From Marsupella aquatica (taxonomy: Eukaryota > Plantae > Marchantiophyta), in assembly GCA_973895155.1 (NCBI GenBank), contig OZ316898.1, positions 4,030,480 to 4,094,479 on the forward strand: a DNA stretch of 64,000 nucleotides. The letters are read 5' to 3'. The notes beneath the pieces are model-generated. The model was given only the letters and a program-made list of their open reading frames with translations. It was not told the origin of the DNA and did not search any database. The position numbers and the translations under genes were made by a program. Positions 25,840 through 35,743 of the stretch are shown one piece after another; the first letter of the stretch is position 1, and each line of letters begins with the position of its first letter.

Positions 25840-26741
25840 GTATCACGTCTGTCCAGGAAACGAGCTTGCGAAGCTGAATACCTCGCTGCTCTGCTGCTAT
25901 CAACTCAGAAATGAGCTTGCGAAGCTGAATACCTCCCTGCTCTGCTGCAATCGACTCTGCAATGGTTTACACATGCAGCATGGGAGGAGGAAAAGCATCT
26001 GGACACTGGTGCATCATGGGCGAGAGGACTTGCCCACCAAGGCTTCTCAAACTCACGCGGCCCTCCGTAAAACGAGTAGAGACACTGTGGGGCAGGTGTA
26101 GAGCTGACCGGGCCAAAAAGCGACCTGTTAATTCGAAACAATCGGGAATGCCCGGGCCTGAAATAACTCCTATATTAAGCAACCTGGTATAACCAGGTTT
26201 TGACAGTGGACAGTGGCGGTTTAATGGTGCATCACTGTTTATTTCAGTCTCCAAACTCCTATTTGTTTTGGTGATTATTTTAATTTTAATTTGGGTCTCC
26301 CATGGCTGGCTTCCTTGTATTTGTTTTCTATGTGTGAATTACTTGAACCCCAATATATATTCCATTTATTATTTCAATGTAAAAATGGATTGAACCCCTT
26401 TAAGTTTATTTATTTCTGTGCCACCTTTCTCTGCCGTTAATTGGAGGGAAAGAAAAACTGGTACTGATTTGAACTGGTGACCTAAAGGTTCAAACTGGAC
26501 TCCTCTACCACTACACCACATAAATATATTTAACAAATGTTGTACCTTAATTATTTTTAACATAGAAATCATTGTGACATTTCCATGATCAATTACCTTT
26601 TCTCCTCTGGGCCCGCGTCTCCTTGTCCTGGGCATAGAGTTTGAGATTTTTCAATCGGCTTCAATTCACATGCTCTTCATAATTGCAAGTTTTGTGGGTA
26701 TTTTATATTTCCATTCTTTTATGCAAATTTTGTAATTAAAG

Positions 26742-27086
26742 ACGAAAGGCAATCTCGAGGGCAATCAATGCGGATTAGCATTGATTACCCCATAAGTGCT
26801 GCCCGCTACCCGCATGTGCTGTATCTGATTTCAGTTTAAGTACCTGGCGCGAATGTACTTCATCACGAATTGAGGAAGGGCTCAATGGTAGCCCAGATCA
26901 GTTGGGGAGTTGGAGGTCCCGGGTTCAAACCCAGCTGTATGTCAAGAATGCCTTTTAGCATTCACCCCACCCAAAAAGTGGGGATCATTCATGCTAGTAA
27001 AATTTGAAAAAAATGTGAGCGGGGTGGGCAGTAGGCGCGGGCAGGTGTACCTGAGGCTCTTAATGAGCCTCGAGATTGTCTTTCGT
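26742..27086. mobile_element. MITE-like element with 19-bp TIRs containing a tRNA-like Pol III promoter
   Basis: acgaaaggcaatctcgagg / cctcgagattgtctttcgt (1 mismatch). Internal A-box-like ggctcaatgg (about 26879) and B-box ggttcaaacc (about 26922). Confidence 0.6.
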
Positions 27087-27852
27087 GGTGAATATTTTGT
27101 AGGCACATAATGTCATGAACATGGTATTGAATGCTAAGTTAGAGCATTTAGAGCCATCATACAAAGGTTCAAAGCTTCTTGTACTTTCTATGGGAGACCC
27201 CAACGTCCATCCATCTTGACCGGCTCAGGTTCCATCTCATATGTACAGGAGAAAAGAAATATGTGGCTCCATGAGCCATGTCTTCTTAATTCAGTTTCCA
27301 CTTCATCATGAAATGCATCTACACCTTGAATTATTTCTTGCACCATTCTATGCACATCACCCTCAGCATCAGTTGCTAACCCTGAAGAACCCTGAGTGAT
27401 AACTACTTCCTCGTCACATGGGTCTCCCAATAGGTCTAGTACAGTCTACTCGTAAAAGGGGGGAGTGGGGGTTCTCTAGTGTATAGGAGTCCCAAAATTG
27501 GGTATTGCTAACCAGTCTCTTTTTTAAAAATTTGGTGACTTTTGTATTCTTAGTGCATTTTATGAGACTCCAGATGGCTAGTAAGTTAGGGCATTCCCCG
27601 GGACATTCATATTCCTGAAATTGCATTCGGAGAGACCGTAGTCAGCCTGCCTCTCCTCCGTTTTGCACAAGAAATTGTGAGAGCGCATTCAAAGACAAAA
27701 GTCAAGGTGTGAAGCAACCAGCTCTTGGTGTGCATTGACTCCTGAGACCAAAGGCCATCTGCTTGGAAATTCAATTGCCTGAGCTGAGACCACTTGGAGA
27801 CAAGGGCTGGAAACAAAAAATTGAGGAAGAGATTGAGAAGGCAAACTGAAGA

Positions 27853-28085
27853 CTTGGAGGGGGGGGCTCGTCACTACATGGAGGGTCATACATCACATCC
27901 AAATGTTTGGATCATTTATGCCCCCCCTAAGCCACTTTATGACACTGCACGTGTGATTTTGCAATTAAACAACCCTATCTATATATTTCCATTGACAACT
28001 TAATAAGTCTTCCCTCAAAACTATTTAAATGACCCTGTATTTTGTCGCACATGGAAGTGACCACCCCCCCCCCCCCCCCGGCAAG
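27853..28085. mobile_element. MITE of the P-like family
   Basis: Termini cttggagggggggg.tcgtcactacatg / catggaagtgacca(c)n ggcaag. Degenerate 8-bp TSD actgaaga/attgagga. The paralogous site at about 33471 is empty (single attgagga). Confidence 0.8.
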
Positions 28086-30069
28086 ATTGAGGACAGCCAA
28101 CGAGAGTACGACAAAGATATGGAGTTCTGGGAGCAAATCACCATGTGTGGCCCTTTAGCTTTGATGACATATATACTGGAGACAGAGTTGGGTTCTTGTT
28201 GGGCAAATTGGATCAAGACCAGGCAAATGCTCAGACATTGATCATGATAGAAAGGGCATCAGACCATGACATGATCTAGAAGGATTACTTTAAGGAAAAT
28301 CCTACCTTATATGATAGATACAAGATGAGAAGGCCCCTTTTTTGGAGGTCCATGATGGTTTCTGTGAATCTGAAAGGTATTTACCAAAAGTTCATTATTT
28401 TACCAAAATGGTTGTCCAGTCGACTTCTATTCAACAATGTGCGTATTTGTCACAAGAATGAATGTTTACTCTCTCTTTCAGCCATTGTAGCCATAGTCAA
28501 ATCCCTCTAAGCAATACCGGTTATATAAGACTTGTCAATTCACAGGCTGAATCTTCCCCCCTTTGGCCTCTCTACGACTGACTTCTTTTGAAGTGATCTA
28601 TGACTCTACAGGAACTAAAACATAGCAATTCAACCTCACATGCTTAATACAGGCATCCAATTTCACCAAAAGGATGATACTCCTATGGGATTAACTTGTT
28701 AGAAGCCTCTCAGAAATATCTTTCCAACCAGTTTACTATCATTCTCTAGTTTTCATGTAGAATTGTTACAAGTCATGAATGTCTAAATTAAAGATTACTC
28801 TGTCACTCATGCAGTATCCAGATTTTGTGTTGCCAAAAGATTTTGGGCAGCTACCTTTGACATTATATCCTTTGATATCCAATGGAATTTATATTTGAAT
28901 GTAGGGTTTCTTAGAAAATACTTTCAAGTGAGCTTTAATATAGTATAGTCTAATTTCATGAAGAATTGAGAGACCTAAAAATTGTCAAAGATCACTGTCT
29001 CCTTTTCTTGCCACACTTCAGTCGTTGGTGTAATATGCACTACGTGAGCAAAAAAGAGGGTTTCACTGTCCAGGTTGCAAAATTTGACTGAGCATTTTGA
29101 CAGGTCTATCTTGGCTTCAATTTCTTTTCTGTTTTGGCTCAACTTTAATACACTATTGTGATGGGGGGCCAATAATGACCCCAGAATTGTTGACCACTTT
29201 ATTCAACCTATCCATAAAGGTTATCAAGTTTTTGTGAACCTTCATAAGCAAAACAATCCAATATACAAATTTATCCTTAAATAACTGCTTTTACGAGGCA
29301 TGCCTGGTGCCTAGATTTTTATTAAAGTTAACCAAAGGGAAACAATCAAGCATGATTAAACGGTTTTCTAAAAAACTTTTCAGAGAAATCGTTTTCCAAT
29401 GAAGTACAGTACTAGATACTAATAAACTTTTTCAAGTTTTCCAAAAACAAGTACCAAATATGCATCACTCCAGAATTGAGAGGCTTATTGTCGAAACCTT
29501 GTTGTCACAAAGCACATTGATAATGATCAATGGTACATTACAGTAATAGCTCCTCTATGGTACACCATTCGCTGAAATGTTCAGCTTTTTGTCACCCTCT
29601 AACTTTGGTATCGAAGTGATGTTACTAGTAGCTAACCATTTGTACTCCATATTGCTAGACAAAACTTTTAGTCTATAATCCTGCATTCCAGGCCAGCCAG
29701 ACCTGGATTATCGTCTACATTCTATACAACCTACCTCCTCTATGATACACCACCACATGGTACTGTTCAGCTTGTGCTGAACACATACCTTAGTCAAATG
29801 GCCTGGGTTTTCCCACATATTTACACTCTGTTCTACAACTGAATACACTGTCCTTTGAGCACTGTTCGCCATTTTTTGCATTCCATACACCATGTCCTGA
29901 TCGACCCGCTTTGCTGTAGCTTTTTTCATTCCTTTCACTGACTGCTATCAGACTCCTCCTGTGTGAGGAGTCCAGATCCCACTCGAGTCGTCGTCGTGCA
30001 TGGCCGCCTGCTTCGTTTTAACAATATGTTTCCCTCGAGCTGCTAGATATTTACAACCTCTTCTACAAA

Positions 30070-31491
30070 TCAATACACTCTCCTTTGAGCCTTGTTCGCC
30101 GCGTATTGCATTCCATACACCATATCCTGACGGACCCGCTTCGCCCCAGCTGTCTTCATTCCTTTCGCTGGCTGCTGCACACAGTCCTCCTGTGTGAGGA
30201 GCGCAGATTCCACTGAGTCGTCGTCGTCGTCGTCGATTTGCATGGGTGCCTGCTTCGTTTCCACATTACGTTTCCCTCGAGCTCCTAGTCCCTTAGTTCG
30301 GTCGGAAATGTCGGACCCCACTACAGCGGCTGAAACTGCAACCGATGATAGTTTTGAGTCCACATCTGGTGCATGAGCTCGATTTCCCGCGTTGTCACTG
30401 CTTGTGATGCAACTGCTTTGAGACGAGTTCAACAACAGACATATTGCACCTCGAAGAGATATGTTAGGCAACAGATTGTCTGCCAGAACATTTGTAGCTC
30501 CGCAGGCGCACTTCGCCTGTGAAATGATCTGATTCCGGATACACTTGTCACAGTAACTCCTGAAGCAACACTTGCTCGCGAAGACAGCATCCTTCAAGAC
30601 TTCCTTGCACAGTGGACATTGGAGCTCGGCTGGGATGTCATTGATTTGTCGAGCTGACGATGGAAGAAAGTCGACCCCGCTTTCGAAAGCTGATTCGTTC
30701 GGCTTCATCACTGCGACTTCCCCGGTAGGCAAAAAGTACGTTCCCTCGGGGGCGATATCGAGCATGATTTTAGGAATGCCAGTGGGTAGCCTGATTTTCT
30801 TCTTGTCGTAAGCTTGATCACCATTTGTGGGACAATGCTGTATGAAGTGTCCCACAACTCCACAACGATGACACACGTAACCAGCGTGAGGGATTTTCTT
30901 TTCAAATCCTTGCACGTACTCTCTCTGCCATACTAGATTTCTTCCCAGGCAATTATTGCCATAGGCCTTCTGAGGTGCGGCCCGTTCTGCAGGTCGTCGT
31001 TGCCATTCGATAGTATCAGCCTCCACGAGGGCCTTTATCTTTTCGTCTTCGTTTTCTTTATTTTCCTGGCAAGACTTAAAAGGCGCAGAGGGGGCATACA
31101 CATCTGAACCAAAATCATCGTCGTTGTCCGTGGGCGCCGGGACAACCTTTGTGGCAAAGGCACTGCCCTGATAGAGAGCAGGCGCTTGTTTACTCATATT
31201 TCGTAATACTGCAGCGGAAGGGGCAAGGCTTTTGGCGGCAATTACGAAACTCGGCCTTGGAATTCGCCGAACCAACATCGAAGTGTTTCTCGGCACAAAG
31301 GACGCGTCATCGGTATACTCTTCGTTGGTTTTGGCGTCCAAGATTACCACGCCGAAAAAGTCCTTAGGGCTTTTTGTCAATTTCTTCTGTGCGATAATCA
31401 AATCCTTCAAATCCGCAACAGATACCATAGTTCCGTAAATCGACACAGACTCAAAGGCCTTTTCACTGGTAAACCTGAAATGGACAGCCAT
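30070..31491 (-). CDS. RBBP6/Mpe1-like E3 ligase (DWNN ubiquitin-like domain, CCHC knuckle, RING), intronless, about 473 aa
   Basis: MAVHFRFTS..., VPRNTSMLVRRIP, DDFGSDVY, GYVCHRCGVVGHFIQHCPTNGD, PTGIPK, ELQCPLCKEVLKDAVFASKCCFRSYCDKCIR...C.CG...LLPN. Uninterrupted ORF. Confidence 0.88.
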   Translation of the reverse strand: MAVHFRFTSEKAFESVSIYGTMVSVADLKDLIIAQKKLTKSPKDFFGVVILDAKTNEEYTDDASFVPRNTSMLVRRIPRPSFVIAAKSLAPSAAVLRNMSKQAPALYQGSAFATKVVPAPTDNDDDFGSDVYAPSAPFKSCQENKENEDEKIKALVEADTIEWQRRPAERAAPQKAYGNNCLGRNLVWQREYVQGFEKKIPHAGYVCHRCGVVGHFIQHCPTNGDQAYDKKKIRLPTGIPKIMLDIAPEGTYFLPTGEVAVMKPNESAFESGVDFLPSSARQINDIPAELQCPLCKEVLKDAVFASKCCFRSYCDKCIRNQIISQAKCACGATNVLADNLLPNISLRGAICLLLNSSQSSCITSSDNAGNRAHAPDVDSKLSSVAVSAAVVGSDISDRTKGLGARGKRNVETKQAPMQIDDDDDDSVESALLTQEDCVQQPAKGMKTAGAKRVRQDMVYGMQYAANKAQRRVY

Positions 31492-32335
31492 TTCGAGCTG
31501 CAAATTCACAGCAAAAGCTCTTTCCTTCACTGCTACAAACAATGTGTACAATTGACAATCTGATAAATTGCTTTCCTATTCCTCACCCTCTCCTGAGACT
31601 ACACTTCAACAGTACTCAAAATATGACCGCACGCTCCAACGTCGTCGTTCACACTCGCAATTCTTCAACCTCTTCTCCAAACGAACTCCGCCCTCCAACC
31701 TCGTCGTTCACACTCGCAATTGTTCAACCTCGTCTCCAAACAACTGGCCGCTCGTCGTTCACACTCGCAACGAGAAGTTCTCAGCTCCACACGACACTCC
31801 CTGCGTCTGAGAACTCTCAAAACCCCACCGCGCTAATGAACAGAACTCCTCCTCTCCAGACAACTGCGACAGAAAACTCTCCGGCACACTTCGCGAACGA
31901 GCAGAACTCCTCCTCCAAACAACCGCAGCAGAAAGCAGAGCTCCTCCTCTCCAAACAACCGCAGCAGAAAGCTCTCCGACGACGCAACAGTAATGAGGAA
32001 AAGACCTGCCCCTGACGGAAGCGAGGAAGCTTATATAGGACGAGAGTGATGGGACGGTCGCTAGTCATGGGAGCGAGGAAGCTGATTTATATAGGACGAG
32101 AGCGAGGAGAGACGGATGGGGACGAATCGCAGGAAGAACGGAATCGGCCAAACACCGAGGAACGGAAGGAACAGAGGAAAGTGCAACCTTCGCAGTCGCG
32201 GACATTGGTGCGACCTCGGAGCATCACATTCTACACCCAAAAAAGGAAGGAAAGAAGGAACACTGGTGCGACGTCGAAGCATCATTCTACACCCACAAAA
32301 AGGAAGGAAAGATGGAAATGCAGCAACGTCCCCGG

Positions 32336-32660
32336 TAACTGTGATTGGCCCCTGTAAGGAAACAAACCCGTGGCAAGCGCCCTTCGTTTCGAAGGGGAGC
32401 ACAAGACTTCGTCTGTAAGGCTGTAACTTTGATTGGCCCCTGTAAGGAAACAAACCCGTGGCAAGCGCCCGTGGTTTCAAAGGGGTGCACAAGACTTGCT
32501 CTGTAAGGCTGTAACTTTGATTGGCCCCTGTAAGGAAACAAACCCGTGGCAAGCGCCCTTCCCTTCGAAGGGGGACACAAGACTTCCCCTGTAAGACTGT
32601 AACTTTGATTGGCCCCTGTAAGGAAACAAATCCGTGGCGAGCGCCCTTCGTATCAAAGGG
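32336..32660. repeat. 88-bp tandem repeat, 4 copies, each with a CCAAT box, upstream of RBBP6-like copy 2
   Basis: taact(t/g)tgattggcccctgtaaggaaacaaa at 32336, 32424, 32512 and 32600. Copy 1 has a single unit at about 15362. Confidence 0.9.
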
Positions 32661-35287
32661 CTTGGTGGGTCCCCATTCCCTCAAACCCCTGCATATGCCC
32701 TGCCACCTGGTCCCTCGAACCCGGACCGGAGGGACTGCGCGATGCAAGCAAAGTCTTTTTCAGAGGAGTGTATTGTTAGTCAGTCACTACTAGTGTATCT
32801 TAACGTCGCTTGATTTTTGCTGCACTGTTAGTGAGTCTGTCACTAGTGTATCTTAATGTCGTTTGTTTTTTGCTGTATTGTGAGTGCGTCACTAATGTAT
32901 ATTAATGTCTTTTGATTTTTGCTGTTTTCTGTATTTTAGTGCCTTTCTAGTACTCCATATGATTAGTGTTGTTAGCTAGCCAAAATAGCAGTCCCAAAAC
33001 TGGGTATTGCTAACCAGTTTTTTTTTTAATAGTTTTGCCGACTTTTGTATTCTTAATGCATTTACAAGACTCCAGATGGCGAGTGAGTTATGGCATTCCC
33101 ACCTGTCTTGCTAAGAGTAGGCCTGCATACTAGTACTTGGAGGGCAGAATTGTCCCCTGGTGTCCCAATGAGTATCCCAGGCCCAACCATTCCCCACCGG
33201 AACTGGTAAGATGAATGTCATAATTATTCCTGAAACTGCATGGGGAGAGACCATAGTCGGCCTGCCTCTCCTCCATTTTGCACAAGATATTGTGAGAGCA
33301 CATTCGAATACAAAAGTGGAGTTGTGAAGCACAGAGCTCTCGGAATGCATTGATGCCGAGACCAAAAGCCACCTGCTTGGAAATTCAATTGAGTAGTAGA
33401 AGGCCTGAGCTGAGACCACTTGGAGACAATGGCTGGAAACAAACAATTGAGGAAGAGATTGAGAAGGCAAATTGAGGACAGCCAAGGAGAGTGTGACAAA
33501 GATATGGAGTTCTAGGAGCAAATCACGATGTGTGGCCCTTTGGCTTTGATGATATATTGGAGACAGAGTTGCGTTCTTGTTGGGCAAGGTAGGTCAAGAT
33601 CATTGGGCAAGGGAGATATTGAAGGTCAAACTATGTAAGTTGTTGATTTTTCTTGGGAATGAAAAAGGTGTCAATGAGTAAACTAATGTGTAAAGGGCAC
33701 CACAGTCCATGGGGGTTACTTGGTCCATTGGAATTGAACATCAATTTTGTTGGGAAGTGTCCAATATGAAGGACTCTCTTGAGGGGACTTTACCTTACAC
33801 ATGTTGGTCTGAGTCTGTAGTTGGCTTAATGTGTTCCTCACTAACAAAAGGAGTTGGGGTTGGTTAATTTGCAAAAACAGCCTTAGGACTTGGGACCTAA
33901 ACATGGACTTGTAAAATTCTGAAATAATCCTGCCATATTCTTACCCAGAAAAATAGCCATTGACCACTGCAAATGAGTAGTGATGTATTTTCTCTTCATT
34001 TGCTATAGATACTTACCTCCTCAACAGAGGTGCTCGCAAAATCTAGCTGGCTTCAATAAATCTTGAAAGATCTGACCGTCCCAAAACATAAGTGAAGCAA
34101 AGAAGAAGAAAATATACCTAGTGAGCTAGTGGGATCGGCTAGGTGGGTTAGTGAGAAAGACAAAATGTTAAGAACCTTAATATCTTCAATTGTGTTGAGA
34201 TCTAGATATTTGACAGGATGACCAGTAGATTCTGTTTAATGGGGTCTATGGCTGGGTGCAAAACTGGCTGATAAAATTGAAACACAAAAACCTATCCAAT
34301 TTTGACCAAAAGTGGATAAGACTATTATACTTTTTAGAGTGCTGGAAACTAATGTAGCTAATTTAGTCTTGTACTTTTTGGAGTGCTGGCTAATTTTTGC
34401 CACTAAAACATACTGCCCCATAGTCACTCGCCAAAAGTGGCTAAGAATCTAGCTAATTTTGGCCACTAAAAAATGCTGCCCGAAATCTCACTCCCCAGAG
34501 TGGCCAAGACTTTTCATACCCAATCTCTCCTAATTCTTGGAGATTTTACTTGATAATGAAGTGCTCCCTTCGAAAGGAAAAAGGCTGTTCATGAGAACGG
34601 ATTCCTCATCTAATCAGAATGTATTGGGCCTGAGACATGGTAAAGTCTGGAAGCACTTCAAGGGGAAGAAGGTTAAACCCTGGAGTTCTTCAATGGTCAC
34701 AGTTCATGGTCAACAAATCTGAAAAGACCATGCCCCTTTTTGTCAGAGCGTTTGCGTTCCTTGATGCAACCAGTTTCTGGTTAATTAACAAATCTTCGCG
34801 CTGAATGAAGAAAAGTCGTGCATTACTTTGTTAGTTCACCGAACCCAAAGAAAATCCATGTGGACTATTTGTGTACCGACCCAACGTTGGAGAGCTACAT
34901 AATTTCCATGAGGGAGTGGAGAATTGACCAGAACTAGAAATCTTGACTCGAATCGTAGATTCAAAAACAGTGCTCTTTGCTTAAGAGGAATCCGGAGATC
35001 TTGCAAAACCAGAATGATCATATTCCCAAGTACGAGGCAACGGAAGCAGCAGGTTAGTTTTGGTATGAACTCGAAGACGACAGAAATGATATTGATGCCA
35101 TTATAAAGTTTAGTAGATGTAGATTACAAGTTTGGCACGGGCGAAGAAGTAAAGGACGCATAAAACTTCATACATTTTCCATGTATTCCACCTGTTCCAA
35201 ATTGTCGAGACATCACGATAAACCTAGTTTATCTGTTCCAAATTGTCCGGATATCACTATAATACATCACGATAAACCTTTCACCCA

Positions 35288-35743
35288 CTATTCTATATCG
35301 CGAAAGAAGTAGAAAAAAAACCAGCGAACCGCACCATCCGTCAACACATCCATCCAAACCAGTTCATGCACGAGAACAATCAACCAGAAAACAACCTGGT
35401 AGCTGTGCTTCGAGACCTTATGCCGAAGCCAGAGTTGCGACAAGTAAGCAGCCGGCCACCCACCCGCCAGCTCGCAGATATGCAGGCTCCTCTCACTAGT
35501 CCGCCAATCTCCAACGAGCGATGCGGATTTGTCCTGATAATATAGGACGCAGGTGTAGAAGTTGACGATGAGGAAGTAGACAACTAGCATATCCGAGGGA
35601 TGGGTTTCCATCACATGGAGGAGGCCACAGCAAGGGACGATGAGGAGGAGGAGGAAGACGAGGAAGCATGTGGATGGGGATGAGACTGAAAGAAAAGGGA
35701 GAGGAGAACTAGGGGAACGGGTCTGGAGACGGCGAGGCGCCAT
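35288..35743 (-). CDS. DUF1294-family small membrane protein, intronless (about 151 aa from MAPRR)
   Basis: YYQDKSASLVGDWRTSERSLHICELAGGWPAAYLSQLWLRHKVSKHSYQVVFWLIV matches the DUF1294 signature (DK..A....WR..E..L......GGW.GA......RHKT.K..F). Confidence 0.82.
   Translation of the reverse strand: MAPRRLQTRSPSSPLPFLSVSSPSTCFLVFLLLLIVPCCGLLHVMETHPSDMLVVYFLIVNFYTCVLYYQDKSASLVGDWRTSERSLHICELAGGWPAAYLSQLWLRHKVSKHSYQVVFWLIVLVHELVWMDVLTDGAVRWFFFYFFRDIE

Larger units (their letters stand above)
15621..26220 (+). mobile_element. Large Kolobok-like DNA transposon with gene-fragment cargo
   Basis: TTAA (15617-15620) | accgccactgtcc ... ggacagtggcggt | TTAA (26221-26224): a perfect 13-bp TIR, plus shared subterminal motifs (ccggtcagctc, acctgccc). 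It encloses the transposase and a KolX-like gene and is absent from the paralogous duplication copy. Confidence 0.75.
28692..33600. repeat. Tandem segmental duplication, copy 2
   Basis: Matches 11373-15597 plus 27490-28220. Confidence 0.88.

Noticed and set aside
32336-32660. CRISPR-like array
   Set aside because: The intervening sequences are similar to each other, there are no cas genes, and the context is eukaryotic. It is an ordinary tandem repeat.
27490-33600. Direct repeats (27490-28220 and 32991-33600) flanking RBBP6 copy 2, read as LTRs of a gene-capturing retroelement
   Set aside because: No TG..CA ends, PBS or PPT. They are better explained as the ends of tandem duplication units, with copy 1 split by insertions.
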